Shown here one piece after another: positions 1-10,823 of a stretch of 46,173 nucleotides of DNA. The DNA comes from a virus. Taxonomy: Duplodnaviria > Heunggongvirae > Uroviricota > Caudoviricetes. Positions within the stretch are counted from its first letter, which is position 1, and every line of letters begins with the position of its first letter. The translations under genes and the position numbers were made by a program. Location of the stretch: positions 1-46,173 of IMG/VR virus record IMGVR_UViG_2778261505_000003. The stretch is one strand, 5' to 3'. Under the pieces are notes generated by a model, which was given only the letters and a program-made list of their open reading frames with translations, had not been told where the DNA came from and made no database searches.

Positions 1-1236
1 CTACGATAACCGCGCATTCAACATGGCTACCTGTTCGTCGTTCATGTCATCAATCCACATACCGTAAATTTCATACACCATCTGCGCAGTTTCATGCCCC
101 ATCTGGCTGGCTATAAACGCCGGGTTCGCTCCTGCCGTCAACAGCCAGCAGGCAAAAGTATGCCGCGTATGGTACGGATTACGGCGGCGAATACCAGCAC
201 GTTTTACTGCTGCATTCCATCTCGCACCCAAACTGCTTACCGAGTAATAAGGTTTCTGTTTTCCGTTACACACTCTGGGCATGAAAACAAAATGCAGTTT
301 TTGCTTTTCGGTTCTGCCGTACTCCCGATGATAAAAAGTGATTTCGCTTTTGCGATGATGCCCGGTCAGTTTGTATTGCTCCTTCAGTGCTTCAAGAGCA
401 GGCTGCAGTAGTGTTACTGTCCGGATCCCGGCATTTGTTTTTGGGGGACCGAACATATCAAGTATCGTCAGGTTTCTTCTGACATTCACTATTCCCTTTT
501 CGAGATCCACATCCTCCCACGCCAGAGCTGCCAGTTCCCCGTGACGAAGTCCTGAGTAAACGGCAAATTTCCACAAGTTCTGGCTCTGTCCTTTTTCACT
601 TTCCATTAATGCATTGAATTCTGTTTTAGATAACGGATCAGGCTTTATTCTGTTTCGCTGTAATTTTTTTACTCCTTCAAATGGTTTGGTTGATATAAAT
701 CCCGACTGATACGCAAAACGCAACAGCGAACAGAGCAGGGCGATATAGTTATCAACTGTGCGCACGGTTCTTCCTTTTTTGTTGGATCTTGGATTATCTA
801 GGTAAAGCGTTTCTCCATGCAGCAGTTCATTCCGGTAGTTTAAGATATCGCTATAACGAATATGTGATATCGGGGTACTTTCACAAATTATTATTCTGAG
901 TGTTTTTAATTGTGATTTCGTTTTCTTCATTGTGTTTGTTGTTAACTCTGTCTCTTTAATTTTTGTCCAGATATCACAAAGTTCTCCGAACGTTTTTATG
1001 ACTCTCGTTGTCACCATTTTTGCCCCAGTACTGGACTGGGGAAAACGTCTTGAATACTCAAATTCACCGGAGTTTATTTCATGAACTATCAGCGATCTTA
1101 AATTTCCGGCCTTTTTAATATTACTGTTTGTAATCTCCCAGCCTTTTAATGTTTCCCGACATCGTTTTCCTCGAAACATGAACCAGATGCGAATGTATCT
1201 ACCTCTAATCTCGACACCTGTTGGTAATTTAGACAT
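1..1236 (-). CDS. intR: Tyrosine site-specific integrase (Rac IntR-like), 411 aa, complete; stop codon at positions 1-3
   Basis: 411-aa ORF, same length and N-terminus as recalled K-12 IntR; C-terminal R...HxxR...Y catalytic region (HTRHTFAC); adjacent excisionase. Confidence 0.88.
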   Translation of the reverse strand: MSKLPTGVEIRGRYIRIWFMFRGKRCRETLKGWEITNSNIKKAGNLRSLIVHEINSGEFEYSRRFPQSSTGAKMVTTRVIKTFGELCDIWTKIKETELTTNTMKKTKSQLKTLRIIICESTPISHIRYSDILNYRNELLHGETLYLDNPRSNKKGRTVRTVDNYIALLCSLLRFAYQSGFISTKPFEGVKKLQRNRIKPDPLSKTEFNALMESEKGQSQNLWKFAVYSGLRHGELAALAWEDVDLEKGIVNVRRNLTILDMFGPPKTNAGIRTVTLLQPALEALKEQYKLTGHHRKSEITFYHREYGRTEKQKLHFVFMPRVCNGKQKPYYSVSSLGARWNAAVKRAGIRRRNPYHTRHTFACWLLTAGANPAFIASQMGHETAQMVYEIYGMWIDDMNDEQVAMLNARLS

Positions 1237-1237
1237 A

Positions 1238-1453
1238 TCATGAGTCTTTGATAAACTGATTTATCTTTGGATAGTTGTACCAGATAATCCCTCGCTTACT
1301 GTCTGGCTTCCCTAAAGGAGATACTCGTTTGAAGTGGAAGCCTTCCACCCAACAGTTCTGGCGGTATGCTTCAATTTGTCTGGCCCCCAGACCAGTGCGA
1401 AGCATCAGGCCGTATTCAACCATCCACTCTTCATTAAAGATTACTTGTGCCAT
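1238..1453 (-). CDS. xisR: Excisionase (YdaQ/XisR-like), 71 aa from [10 protein letters not shown]
   Basis: Small ORF immediately upstream of int on the same strand; sequence as recalled for K-12 YdaQ. Confidence 0.75.
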   Translation of the reverse strand: MAQVIFNEEWMVEYGLMLRTGLGARQIEAYRQNCWVEGFHFKRVSPLGKPDSKRGIIWYNYPKINQFIKDS

Positions 1454-1552
1454 CGCATCACCTCTGGCAGGCGCCAATGTTAGACTGAAATTGACGCCCG
1501 ATGTTGATTATTAATAATCAGCTATGAAGTTTTAATTTGAATACAATGCAAT

Positions 1553-1753
1553 TCACGAGGACTGAAGTCTCTCGCAATTAAAATTTATCAGTTTTACTTT
1601 CTGCTCTCTGGAAACGGCTGCTTCTTTTTTACCTGAGAGCATTTTTTCGCATTCTGATTTCGTTAGTTTAGATTTTGAATATCTTGTCCAGTTAGTAGGA
1701 GTGCCACCTTCCTTTTCAATAGTGGCGGTAATTTTATACATGAACACCTCCAT
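1553..1753 (-). CDS. ydaC: Rac YdaC-like small protein; start uncertain (ORF extends to 1813)
   Basis: ORF position and sequence consistent with Rac ydaC between xis and ralR; start chosen at MEVFMY. Confidence 0.5.
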   Translation of the reverse strand: MEVFMYKITATIEKEGGTPTNWTRYSKSKLTKSECEKMLSGKKEAAVSREQKVKLINFNCERLQSS

Positions 1754-1928
1754 TATTATTTCCAGTGGTTCGTTTATTCCATCTTTCGAGTGCTTCTTTT
1801 TCACTTCCACCATAACCGGTTCGGGATTCGCATCCGTTACACTTCGCTCGGTAATATCCTGAAATGGCTTTCACCGTTACTGATGGACAACCACAAAATG
1901 GACATGGTTTAACATTGTCATATCTCAT
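1734..1928 (-). CDS. ralR: Restriction alleviation protein Lar/RalR, 64 aa from MRYDNVKPCPFCG
   Basis: Cys-rich small protein (CPFCGC...CNGC) matching recalled Lar/RalR; position upstream of recT as in Rac. Confidence 0.75.
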   Translation of the reverse strand: MRYDNVKPCPFCGCPSVTVKAISGYYRAKCNGCESRTGYGGSEKEALERWNKRTTGNNNGGVHV

Positions 1929-1984
1929 AATTTTTCTCATAAAAAATATTTCAAGTTGGCGGTGAATTACACCGCCAGACTGAA

Positions 1985-2794
1985 TTATTCCTCTGAATTA
2001 TCGATTACACTGTATTCCCCGGTTAATACAGAGGAATCTGCAGGATCGATTGTCAGTGGTTCCTTTTCATCCATTGATACTGCACGCTGGATCTCAATTG
2101 ATACGGGCAGATATTTGAACAGGCGACGAATAGCTGTTTTCTTTGCCATTTCTTCCCAGTGAGTTACCCACGGCCCGTTATTACCAGCTTTACTCTGGCT
2201 GCGCACCAGCTCAATCTGTCTGCGCGTCATAACTTCAAACTGAGTACCTCCGTCTTTCAGTCTTGCGACAGCATAGACGTGGGTAACCGGGGCATCTTCG
2301 TTTTCTCCTGGGCGGTGTATTAACTTTTCATCAAGGCCAAATTCGAAATTAAATTCGTCACCTTCACGGACAACACGGGCTGACAGGCTGGCGATTTGAC
2401 CTGAACGGCGAGCCAGATCAATCATGCCGCGATAGCCAATGATTAGCTGAACGTTTTTTTTACCGCTCTTTTCGTTTTTATTACCAAAAGGCAGTAAATA
2501 TGCATGACCGAGGGCGCTACCTGGCTCAAGTCCGAGCTGTGAACACTGTACGATTGCACTGACAAAACTCATAGTGTCACAGTTTCCTAACGCCGGAACT
2601 TTACGAATTTCTGTGGTGGCGATACGGATCATACGTTCAGCCGTCATATGGCGTGGAAGAGCTGCTGCCAGTTGCTCTTTCATTGATGGCTGGTTAATAA
2701 AACTAATCACGTCGTTATTTTTAATTGCTGCTGGTGCACGGTTTCCCTGAGTTTTTTGCAGATCGGCTTTTGCGATTGGTGGTTGCTTAGTCAT
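1985..2794 (-). CDS. recT: RecT single-strand annealing recombinase, 269 aa from MTKQPPIAK
   Basis: Translation matches recalled RecT; stop of recE overlaps its start as in Rac. Confidence 0.9.
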   Translation of the reverse strand: MTKQPPIAKADLQKTQGNRAPAAIKNNDVISFINQPSMKEQLAAALPRHMTAERMIRIATTEIRKVPALGNCDTMSFVSAIVQCSQLGLEPGSALGHAYLLPFGNKNEKSGKKNVQLIIGYRGMIDLARRSGQIASLSARVVREGDEFNFEFGLDEKLIHRPGENEDAPVTHVYAVARLKDGGTQFEVMTRRQIELVRSQSKAGNNGPWVTHWEEMAKKTAIRRLFKYLPVSIEIQRAVSMDEKEPLTIDPADSSVLTGEYSVIDNSEE

Positions 2795-5387
2795 TTGCAT
2801 ATTCCTTAGCCCAGCGGGGCAGTGATAACGTCTTAATAGCTGGCCATTCATCGGTATTGAGGCAGTCAGCCAGGGTTCGCAGATTGCGGTGATATTCCAG
2901 CTGACCTGCCAGTTTTGCTTCTTCGCCCATCATGAAAATTTCAACCGGATAACGTCCGCATTCAATAGTTGTGCTGGCAACCAGAAAAACGAAAGTTGGC
3001 TGCACTCCAAACTGTGCTTCATAACCGTCACTGTAGAATGCATCCTGAACGTGATAGCGGTAGTCGTAATAAGCTGTTTTGAATCGTTGAATATCCGCCG
3101 TAGTTTTCACGTCCATGATCCAGTGAAATTCAGGGATAATTTTGTCCGGACGGCACCGACACAAAATTCCTGTTTCAGGATCTTCCCAGTAAATTGATGA
3201 TTCAGCGTGTCCGGCGCTTTCAACAAGCCATTGCCCCAGCGGCAAAGCCATAACGCTTTGATACATGAGTTCAATTTTCCGGCCTTCTTCCGCAGTGATA
3301 ACCGTTTTTCCTGTGCTTGCGCATTCCATCAGAAACGCTTTCTCCTCTTCTTTTCCGGCGTTTGTACGGCGGTTAAATTCAGGTGCTACGATAAAGCGGT
3401 TACTGAATTCTTCCGGTTCAAGTACCCGGCAGTGGAAAGCGGTTCCTAAATCGAGCGTTTTTGTCTTTGTGGTGTCCACGGGGGCATTTTTACGCCACAA
3501 ATACAATGCCGGAGTATCAGCAATGTCATCGAGCTGAGACTTACTGACACCGGGACCCGCGTGGTAATTCTCATTCGAAATTCCGTAATAAATACCTGGC
3601 TCTATGTCTTCTACGATTACGGGATCTGCGACTTTGCCAGTTTCATCACTGCAATCGCGATGCGGATCGCTGCCAGCATTCTCATTGTGCGGATGTTCAG
3701 CGCCTTCCATTTCCTCCGGATCATTTTCCTTAGCTTCAACCTGACTCTCTTCATCGAATGTTTCCTGGTATGTTGCGTCGCCCATCACCGCACCACAGTC
3801 AGGGCAGTTATCCCCGCCAGTCTGGCCGCAGGCATTGCAGGCTATTTCCGGTTCCTGTTGCACTACTGGCTCAGGTTGATTCATATCCGGGCTGGTTTTT
3901 TCCGTTTCTGGCTGGTTCTGGTACACAGAATCGCGAGTCTGGATCCCCTTTACCCATTTCGGATCGTTCGGGTCGCTAATTCCGTCAACAAATTCACCAC
4001 GTGATGCAGCAAGCAATTTATTGGCATCGACAGGATTTTTTGATGGAATGTTTTTCCGGGCTTCATGGAGTTCTGCCCGCAGTTCCTGATATTTCGCATC
4101 AACAGAATTTACCTGTGACTGAGCATCCAGCGGCTGCGTGTCCTGATGATGTTCAGTTGCGTCCGGTTCCATTGTTTCAGTCTCTCCCTGTTCAACTGCC
4201 GTTGTTCCAGATGGTTGCGGTTTTTCTTCATCATCCTGTTTTCCTTCTTCTGTTACTCGCTGCGGCATCGGGGCAGAGGAGCGACCGCAGGCAATATCCA
4301 CGATTTCCGGATCAGGGTTGGCATGATCGGTTTCAGTCAGTACTTTGTTCAGATATTCAGTGACGTGCGCGGGGATGATCTCGATCCCAATTGGTGCTTC
4401 TTTTACGGACGCAACCACGATGGCGCGGGAATAATCCAGCCCGCCAGGCATGGTGATGAATTTGTCGCGGAAAACAGAAAAGGGCGGTTTATTTTCAGCG
4501 ATAATTTCCTCAATGCGTTTAGCGTGTGCCGGATGAATGTTATAGATGTCCAGATCCATTGAACGGGCCAGTACGCCAGTGGCTACGTCGCGCGCCAGTG
4601 ACGTCAGATCGTGTACGAAACCTTTGCCGCGATCGGTGAGGTTTCCGCCGCCAGCATTAGCACCGGAAGCCGTGCGAGTGATGTGTGAAACACGATTACC
4701 CTTCATCCACTCTTTTGTCAGCAGTCCTCGATCGGTGTAGTCAGCGTTCAGGTATGCTTCGAAAAAAGCAGTTATCAGTCCCAGGTTTGAATTACCAGGA
4801 TTAGGGAAAACTTTGTCAGTGTCACGAACCAGTTTGTGGAGATCGCGAATTTCCAGCGGGTCGAGCAGGCTGGTTTTGTGGGAAACAGCCAGGGCAGTAA
4901 CAGCCGGTAGTTCTTCAGCCCGAGCAATGTGTAATGCCTGGAGTCCGTCGCGTGAAACGTGCGTTACCGGTTTTTCGCTGCCGTGTTGAGCAAGCCAACG
5001 AATGGGCAGTTCCTGGCCAGAAATTGGGAGTAGCATATTCTCCTCAATCTCAGTCATGTCTTCGCCGTTGACGTTGGTATTGCCTTGATAGTGAGCGTTG
5101 TCTGGTGCTGCTCCCGGTTTTAGTTCCCATGTCATGGAGTCTTTGCTGAGTTGATAGCGTTCACTCCAGGTAAAATCGATCTCACCTTCAGCGGGCAGGT
5201 CATTAACGACAGGAAAATTCGTGGCAACAGCTTTAAAATAGCTGCTCAGTTTTTTACCTGACTTAACGATCAGGTAGTCCAGAGTGGCACAGGTCGATTC
5301 AAAATCGTCGCTTGCCCACAGGACGACGTCAGGTTCACCGGATGATTTTTTCGCTTTCCGTAACAGGAAGAGTGGTTTTGTGCTCAT
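2787..5387 (-). CDS. recE: RecE exonuclease VIII, 866 aa
   Basis: 866-aa ORF, same length as K-12 RecE; acidic N-terminal region and C-terminal nuclease domain directly upstream of recT. Confidence 0.88.
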   Translation of the reverse strand: MSTKPLFLLRKAKKSSGEPDVVLWASDDFESTCATLDYLIVKSGKKLSSYFKAVATNFPVVNDLPAEGEIDFTWSERYQLSKDSMTWELKPGAAPDNAHYQGNTNVNGEDMTEIEENMLLPISGQELPIRWLAQHGSEKPVTHVSRDGLQALHIARAEELPAVTALAVSHKTSLLDPLEIRDLHKLVRDTDKVFPNPGNSNLGLITAFFEAYLNADYTDRGLLTKEWMKGNRVSHITRTASGANAGGGNLTDRGKGFVHDLTSLARDVATGVLARSMDLDIYNIHPAHAKRIEEIIAENKPPFSVFRDKFITMPGGLDYSRAIVVASVKEAPIGIEIIPAHVTEYLNKVLTETDHANPDPEIVDIACGRSSAPMPQRVTEEGKQDDEEKPQPSGTTAVEQGETETMEPDATEHHQDTQPLDAQSQVNSVDAKYQELRAELHEARKNIPSKNPVDANKLLAASRGEFVDGISDPNDPKWVKGIQTRDSVYQNQPETEKTSPDMNQPEPVVQQEPEIACNACGQTGGDNCPDCGAVMGDATYQETFDEESQVEAKENDPEEMEGAEHPHNENAGSDPHRDCSDETGKVADPVIVEDIEPGIYYGISNENYHAGPGVSKSQLDDIADTPALYLWRKNAPVDTTKTKTLDLGTAFHCRVLEPEEFSNRFIVAPEFNRRTNAGKEEEKAFLMECASTGKTVITAEEGRKIELMYQSVMALPLGQWLVESAGHAESSIYWEDPETGILCRCRPDKIIPEFHWIMDVKTTADIQRFKTAYYDYRYHVQDAFYSDGYEAQFGVQPTFVFLVASTTIECGRYPVEIFMMGEEAKLAGQLEYHRNLRTLADCLNTDEWPAIKTLSLPRWAKEYAND

Positions 5388-5488
5388 TGTTTTTTAACCT
5401 CAACTCAGATTAAAATTCGTTTTGTTCAGTGAATGATCTTGCCGGATACACACTGTTCATAGCCTGCGCCATACGCAGGCTATTTCTT

Positions 5489-5764
5489 TCAGATTTCACC
5501 TTTTAATTTCATTGCAATTAGAGTTGCCAGAAATTCGGCTTTTTTTTCTGCGGGCAGATTCTTTCCGGTATGCACCAGGCACATTTTTTTGACACCTTCG
5601 TGAAGTGTTTTAACGTTGCCTGATGGACCGTCGATATCAACCACAGTGAATGGGGTTTCTTTATTTTCTGTTTTAATCACGTAGCCAATACGCTTTCCTT
5701 CCAGATTAACTTCGTGAACAATGTCATCAGTAGTTACAACAGTGGCTTCATAACTGGTAATCAT
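5489..5764 (-). CDS. racC: RacC, 91 aa from MITSYEATVV
   Basis: Translation matches recalled Rac RacC; position between recE and ydaE. Confidence 0.75.
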   Translation of the reverse strand: MITSYEATVVTTDDIVHEVNLEGKRIGYVIKTENKETPFTVVDIDGPSGNVKTLHEGVKKMCLVHTGKNLPAEKKAEFLATLIAMKLKGEI

Positions 5765-5838
5765 GTTTTTCTCCTTAATTAAGGTTGAGCGAATCCCTGC
5801 CATTGCTGGCATAAATTCAGTTTCGCATAGTCAGTTAA

Positions 5839-6009
5839 TTAAAGTTCGTGTGCCATCTGGTCTTTTTCGGCACATATTTCACTACAATATTTTTTCATTT
5901 CCGTCGTTGGGATAACTCCACGCATGAAATGAAGTGGTCTTTTAATGCTTTTGCTTTCTTTAACTTCTTTATCGCAAAGATGGTAAGCACATTTTATTTT
6001 CTTAGCCAT
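5839..6009 (-). CDS. ydaE: YdaE-like Cys-rich small protein, 56 aa ([16 protein letters not shown]...)
   Basis: Translated by hand from the minus strand (below the ORF-track size cut-off); start overlaps the kilR stop by 1 nt. Confidence 0.65.
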   Translation of the reverse strand: MAKKIKCAYHLCDKEVKESKSIKRPLHFMRGVIPTTEMKKYCSEICAEKDQMAHEL

Positions 6010-6230
6010 CACCATGACTCCGCCTTTACAGGTAAACCATCACGACCGAGGAAGACTTTAATCATGCAGTCAGTAATGCATGTTTTTGTGGTCAGGTTAC
6101 GAATATAAAGTTTTCGCTTTTTAATATTGTTTGCCGAGGCAATATATGTCCGGCCGTTATGAAGAATATAATCACCAGGAGTCACACACTGACGAGGTAT
6201 TTCATCAGTTCCGAAGTGATGAGCAATCAT
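6009..6230 (-). CDS. kilR: KilR cell-division inhibitor, 73 aa from [12 protein letters not shown]
   Basis: Translation matches recalled Rac KilR apart from a few substitutions. Confidence 0.8.
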   Translation of the reverse strand: MIAHHFGTDEIPRQCVTPGDYILHNGRTYIASANNIKKRKLYIRNLTTKTCITDCMIKVFLGRDGLPVKAESW

Positions 6231-6640
6231 AATTATCTCCATTTTCACAAATGAACTTTGTTGATGCGGTGCCTGGTGCCTCCAGGTGACGTTAACCAGT
6301 TAACAATTAACGCCGGATAATCCACCCATAACACTGATGCTTTTAACTGTTCCGCGTGCGCTTAGCCGCATTCACCGCATCACAAAATTCACTTTAAAAA
6401 GGGCGGACATCAGCCGAACTTCAAGAAAAAACTGATGCCGCCAAGACTACACACAGCAATGTCGTTATTTACAACCGGAGGCGCACTCCCACCATTTAAA
6501 TTTAACAGACAAGACCGACTCTTTATGGATATCGGAAATGCGCCTTCGTGTTGCGCCCAGTTTTATTTCACCACCTCCGGGCTTCGGTGGTTTCTGCTAT
6601 ACCCCTACAGCGAGAATATTGAATTAATCCAAATAATGGA

Positions 6641-6793
6641 TTAGCAAGTATTTCTGGCAAGCCAGCGACGTGCGCCCGTTTCAGTTTTGAATGTCTTGCT
6701 TTTGGTATAAGTCATGGCAGTGAACGTTCCATCCTGGTTGGGGAACACGCCGCACACCAGGGATTCGTTGTTGCCGAGGTCGATTTTTTGCAT
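6641..6793 (-). CDS. ydaF: YdaF-like small protein, 50 aa (MQKIDLGNNESLVCGVF...)
   Basis: Hand-translated minus-strand ORF; matches recalled Rac YdaF. Confidence 0.55.
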   Translation of the reverse strand: MQKIDLGNNESLVCGVFPNQDGTFTAMTYTKSKTFKTETGARRWLARNTC

Positions 6794-6803
6794 TTTGCGA
6801 ATC

Positions 6804-6938
6804 TCACATCTTGTTGCTGCGTATAGCGACTTCTGCCTGCCAGAAATCCCAGTCGTTGCTGCGTAAAGCCTGCACAGCCTGGTTGTAAGTGATACCGCAA
6901 CAATCCATCAAATACTGAACTACTTCGTAATGCACCAT
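6804..6938 (-). CDS. ydaG: YdaG-like small protein, 44 aa from MVHYEVVQYL
   Basis: Small ORF between ydaF and racR in Rac order; start chosen at the internal Met. Confidence 0.5.
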   Translation of the reverse strand: MVHYEVVQYLMDCCGITYNQAVQALRSNDWDFWQAEVAIRSNKM

Positions 6939-7228
6939 CTTATCTCTCCCCTTAACGCCGGGTGGCGGAACTGAAACCTGCTGCACTGCAAAATCTGAAC
7001 CCTGCCGTCATGTTCATACGCCTCGGGCTGGCTACTTAACCCCTGACCACTGCCTGGTAACTCGAAGTATTGCCCTGCGTTCTGTGGGGCGGGGTGGGTT
7101 GGTAGGTATATAATGTACTTTGTGTTCATTGATGTAAAGTACTTTAAGTACATCTTGTGTGTAAAAAAATGAGATGGGATAAAGTGAAGCACAAACCCGG
7201 AGGGGGACGCTACCGGATTTATGCTGGT

Positions 7229-7648
7229 TTAAGAGGCTTTTTGTTTTTTCTTTCGTGCTAATTCTTCGTAAATTGCATTGTACTTCTGTTTTTTCTCCTC
7301 AAGAGTTTTTAAAAGTTCATCTGTCTCACTGTCAGGGAGCTCGTCCAGAAGGTCAATGATGATTTTTTGTCTTGGATTTAACTCCTGATAGAAACGTACC
7401 TGTCCACTTTCTTCTGTATCCTCTCCCAAAAGATAGGTTGGTGTTGTTCCAATGAGTGTTGCTAATTCCCTTAATTTCTCTCGGCGAGGAATTGTTTCGC
7501 CATTAAACCATTTGCTAACCGCTTTTGGTGTTAATTTCATTCGACGGGCAATTTCTGCCTGCCTTCCATGTTGTTCATAACCAGCGTTTTCACAGGCTAG
7601 CGCAAGCCTACTGGCGAACTCTTTACGCGCTTTATCTTCATGAACCAT
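7229..7648 (-). CDS. racR: Prophage repressor RacR (HTH, cI-like role)
   Basis: 139-aa ORF with N-terminal helix-turn-helix, divergent from ydaS/ydaT exactly as in Rac. Confidence 0.75.
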   Translation of the reverse strand: MVHEDKARKEFASRLALACENAGYEQHGRQAEIARRMKLTPKAVSKWFNGETIPRREKLRELATLIGTTPTYLLGEDTEESGQVRFYQELNPRQKIIIDLLDELPDSETDELLKTLEEKKQKYNAIYEELARKKKQKAS

Positions 7649-7727
7649 AAGTTCAATGATATTCGCTCTTGAATGTACTGTCAGTTCTGTTATAGCATGT
7701 ACTCAAAGTTCACATTGTGAGGGTGAT
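7649..7727. promoter_or_regulatory. racR/ydaS divergent control region with candidate operators (OR-like)
   Basis: 79-bp intergenic region containing two ATGTACT repeats and a perfect palindrome TCACATTGTGA; the ydaS RBS GAGGG lies at its end. Confidence 0.4.
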
Positions 7728-7982
7728 ATGAACCAGAAAACACTTGAAGATGTAATCAAAACTGTTCGCGTTTCTGTTGTGGCCGACGTTTGTGGTGTCA
7801 GCCAAAGAGCAATCTACAAATGGATGGATAACGGAAAATTGCCTCGCACAGAATATACCGGCGAAACAAATTACGCTGAAAAAATCGCTCATGCATCAAA
7901 CGGATTATTTTCTGCCGATGTGATTTTAACTATTGGCAGAAATAAAACTACTACGAAAAAGCTGATGGGAGTTGATTCATGA
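7728..7982 (+). CDS. ydaS: YdaS-like Cro-type HTH protein
   Basis: Small HTH ORF divergent from racR; start taken at MNQKTL (ORF track opens earlier at 7656). Confidence 0.7.
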   Translation: MNQKTLEDVIKTVRVSVVADVCGVSQRAIYKWMDNGKLPRTEYTGETNYAEKIAHASNGLFSADVILTIGRNKTTTKKLMGVDS

Positions 7983-8401
7983 AAATCAAGCATGAGCACA
8001 TCGAGTCAGTGTTGTTAGCCCTGGCAGCCGAAAAAGGGCAGGCATGGGTAGCCAATGCCATTACTGAAGAATATCTGCGCCAGGGGGGCGGCGAATTGCC
8101 CCTGGTACCAGGCAAGGACTGGAATAATCAGCAGAACATCTATCACCGTTGGTTAAAAGGTGAAACGGAAGCGCAAAGGGAAAAAATTCAGAAACTGATC
8201 CCTGCAATTCTGGCAATCCTTCCGCGCGAGCTGCGTCACCGACTCTGCATCTTCGATACCCTGGAACGCCGTGCATTACTGGCGGCGCAGGAAGCGTTAA
8301 GTACGGCAATTGATGCGCATGATGATGCAGTCCAGGCCGTTTACCGGAAAGCGCATTTCAGCGGCGGCGGGTCTTCCGACGATTCTGTCATTGTTCATTA
8401 A
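7979..8401 (+). CDS. ydaT: YdaT toxin-like protein, 140 aa
   Basis: 140-aa ORF overlapping the ydaS stop; matches recalled Rac YdaT in length and sequence. Confidence 0.8.
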   Translation: MKIKHEHIESVLLALAAEKGQAWVANAITEEYLRQGGGELPLVPGKDWNNQQNIYHRWLKGETEAQREKIQKLIPAILAILPRELRHRLCIFDTLERRALLAAQEALSTAIDAHDDAVQAVYRKAHFSGGGSSDDSVIVH

Positions 8402-8413
8402 GCAAAAGTTTCC

Positions 8414-9271
8414 ATGCTGTTTGTGCTTATTCTAAGCCACCGGGCAGCATCATACGGGGCAATTATGGCCGCATTACCATACATGCAACTGTACATAGCT
8501 GATTACCTGGCTGACACCATGCATTTGTCAGCAGAGGAGCATGGCGCGTATTTGTTGCTGATGTTCAATTACTGGCAAACAGGAAAGCCAATACCCAAAA
8601 ACAGGCTGGCAAAAATTGCCCGTCTGACTAACGAGCGATGGGCTGATGTTGAACCATCCTTGCGGGAGTTTTTTTGCGATAACGGCGAGGAATGGGTACA
8701 TCTTCGGATTGAGGAAGATCTGGCATCAGTCAGGGAAAAATTAACCAAAAAATCAGCCGCAGGAAAAGCATCTGTTCAGGCCAGAAGAAGCAGAAAGGAA
8801 GCAGATGTTCAAACAAAACAAGAGAGAAATTTAACAGGTGTTCAAACAGATGTTGAAGTGGTGTTTGAACATGATGTCAACACAAAGGCAACTAATAAAG
8901 ATACAGATAAAGATCTAAAAACAGCTCCCCCCCTAAATCCCCCCCGGGGGAATCGAGGTGTCAAAAAGTTTGACCCTCTGGATATTGCTTTGCCGAACTG
9001 GATTTCTGTCTCGCTTTGGCGTGAGTGGGTTGAATTTCGCCAGGCATTGCGTAAACCGATTCGAACGGAGCAGGGCGCTAACGGGGCGATACGGGAGCTG
9101 GAAAAATTCCGCCAGCAGGGTTTTTCACCTGAGCAGGTGATTCGACACAGCATCGCCAACGAATACCAGGGCTTGTTCGCGCCGAAAGGTGTTCGACCTG
9201 AGACGTTACTCCGACGGGTTAACACCGTTTCGTTACCGGACAGTGCGATCCCGCCAGGCTTCAGGGGGTAA
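8414..9271 (+). CDS. ydaU: YdaU-like replication protein (DUF1376-type), 285 aa
   Basis: 285-aa ORF in the lambda O position, same length as K-12 YdaU. Confidence 0.75.
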   Translation: MLFVLILSHRAASYGAIMAALPYMQLYIADYLADTMHLSAEEHGAYLLLMFNYWQTGKPIPKNRLAKIARLTNERWADVEPSLREFFCDNGEEWVHLRIEEDLASVREKLTKKSAAGKASVQARRSRKEADVQTKQERNLTGVQTDVEVVFEHDVNTKATNKDTDKDLKTAPPLNPPRGNRGVKKFDPLDIALPNWISVSLWREWVEFRQALRKPIRTEQGANGAIRELEKFRQQGFSPEQVIRHSIANEYQGLFAPKGVRPETLLRRVNTVSLPDSAIPPGFRG

Positions 9272-9277
9272 CTGACC

Positions 9278-10024
9278 ATGAAAAATATTGCGACAGGCGG
9301 CGTTCTTGAACGTATCCGCAGACTGGCCCCGTCACATGTAACCGCGCCATTCAAGACGGTAGCGGAGTGGCGTGAGTGGCAACTTTCCGAAGGCCAGAAA
9401 CGTTGTGAGGAGATCAACCGTCAGAATCGTCAGTTGCGGGTGGAAAAAATTCTGAATCGCTCTGGCATCCAGCCATTGCACCGCAAATGCTCGTTTGCGA
9501 ATTACCAGGTGCAGAACGACGGTCAGCGATATGCGTTGAACCAGGCGAAATCTATCGCTGATGAACTGATGACCGGGTGTACAAATTTTGCGTTCAGCGG
9601 AAAACCTGGTACCGGAAAAAACCATCTGGCGGCGGCTATCGGGAATCGCCTGCTGAAAGATGGCCAGACAGTGATTGTGGTTACCGTGGCTGATGTCATG
9701 AGTGCTCTACACGCTAGCTATGACGACGGGCAATCAGGCGAAAAATTTTTGCGGGAACTGTGCCAAGTGGATCTGCTGGTTCTTGATGAAATTGGCATTC
9801 AGCGCGAGACAAAAAACGAGCAGGTGGTGCTGCACCAGATTGTTGATCGCCGGACAGCGTCGATGCGCAGCGTGGGGATGCTGACAAACCTGAACTATGA
9901 GGCCATGAAAACATTGCTCGGCGAGAGGATTATGGATCGCATGACCATGAACGGCGGGCGATGGGTGAATTTTAACTGGGAGAGCTGGCGTCCGAATGTC
10001 GTCCAGCTAGGAATTGCGAAGTGA
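9278..10024 (+). CDS. ydaV: DnaC/IstB-like AAA+ helicase loader (YdaV)
   Basis: Walker A motif [15 protein letters not shown] and Walker B LLVLDEIG; occupies the lambda P position. Confidence 0.85.
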   Translation: MKNIATGGVLERIRRLAPSHVTAPFKTVAEWREWQLSEGQKRCEEINRQNRQLRVEKILNRSGIQPLHRKCSFANYQVQNDGQRYALNQAKSIADELMTGCTNFAFSGKPGTGKNHLAAAIGNRLLKDGQTVIVVTVADVMSALHASYDDGQSGEKFLRELCQVDLLVLDEIGIQRETKNEQVVLHQIVDRRTASMRSVGMLTNLNYEAMKTLLGERIMDRMTMNGGRWVNFNWESWRPNVVQLGIAK

Positions 10025-10046
10025 TTTTTACCGGGAGGAAATTTTA

Positions 10047-10808
10047 ATGGAAACCGTTTTTGATGCACTGAAAGCAATGGGAAAAGCCACGTCGGTAGAA
10101 CTGGCTGCGCGACTTGATATCAGTCGTGAAGAAGTGCTGAACGAGCTGTGGGAACTGAAAAAGGCTGGATTCGTTGATAAAAGCGTATACACCTGGCGTG
10201 TGGCCGATAACAACGTTCAGCAGGAACATCCAGTGCCGGAAGAACAGCCGGAAGAAATCGCCACAGCAACAGTGACGAAAATATCGGAGTGCGATTTAAC
10301 CGCGACGATTGAACAACGTGGTCCACTAACTGCGGATGAACTGGCTACGTTGTTCGGTACCACATCACGCAAAGTGGCTTCAACGCTGGCAATGGCAATC
10401 AGCAAGGGGCGTCTGATTCGCGTAAATCAGAACGGTAAATTTCGTTACTGCATGCCGGGCGATAATTTACCAGCAGAACCGAAAGCTGCATTGGTAACGA
10501 AAAATGATGGTAAAGCCTTTCCTCAGCCAGCCGGTGCTGCGTTACCAGTACAGGAAGCGGCAACACAGGAAGATATTAAAACAGAAACTGTGGCGGACAT
10601 TGTGCAGTCGCTGCCATCGTTTACTGAAACGCAAGCGGATGACTTGGTTTTACCATCGCTGCATATAGCAAACCGCGAACTGCGTCGGGCGAAAAATCAT
10701 GTCCAGAAGTGGGAGCGTGTCTGCGCCGCGCTGCGGGAGCTGAACAAGCACCGGGATATTGTTCGACAGATTGTCGATTCCTCCAGTCGTATTGTGTCGG
10801 AAAAGTGA
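10047..10808 (+). CDS. Hypothetical protein with N-terminal winged-helix-like region, in the position of Rac ydaW (apparently intact here)
   Basis: GGGAGGAA RBS followed by ATG at 10047; ORF follows ydaV directly. Confidence 0.5.
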   Translation: METVFDALKAMGKATSVELAARLDISREEVLNELWELKKAGFVDKSVYTWRVADNNVQQEHPVPEEQPEEIATATVTKISECDLTATIEQRGPLTADELATLFGTTSRKVASTLAMAISKGRLIRVNQNGKFRYCMPGDNLPAEPKAALVTKNDGKAFPQPAGAALPVQEAATQEDIKTETVADIVQSLPSFTETQADDLVLPSLHIANRELRRAKNHVQKWERVCAALRELNKHRDIVRQIVDSSSRIVSEK

Positions 10809-10823
10809 TTGCCGGAGGCGCTT

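Noticed and set aside
5848-6108. 86-aa plus-strand ORF
   Set aside because: Antisense to ydaE/kilR; Phe-rich junk translation.
6435-6644. 69-aa plus-strand ORF in the expected sieB position
   Set aside because: No RBS noticed, odd composition, overlaps the ydaF stop region; cannot be supported as a sieB remnant without a search.
6712-7192. Minus-strand ORFs of 63 and 90 aa (6712-6903, 6920-7192)
   Set aside because: Alternative frames overlapping the hand-translated ydaF/ydaG genes; less protein-like than the chosen frames.
8842-9417. 191-aa minus-strand ORF
   Set aside because: Antisense to ydaU and the start of ydaV; no RBS; spurious.
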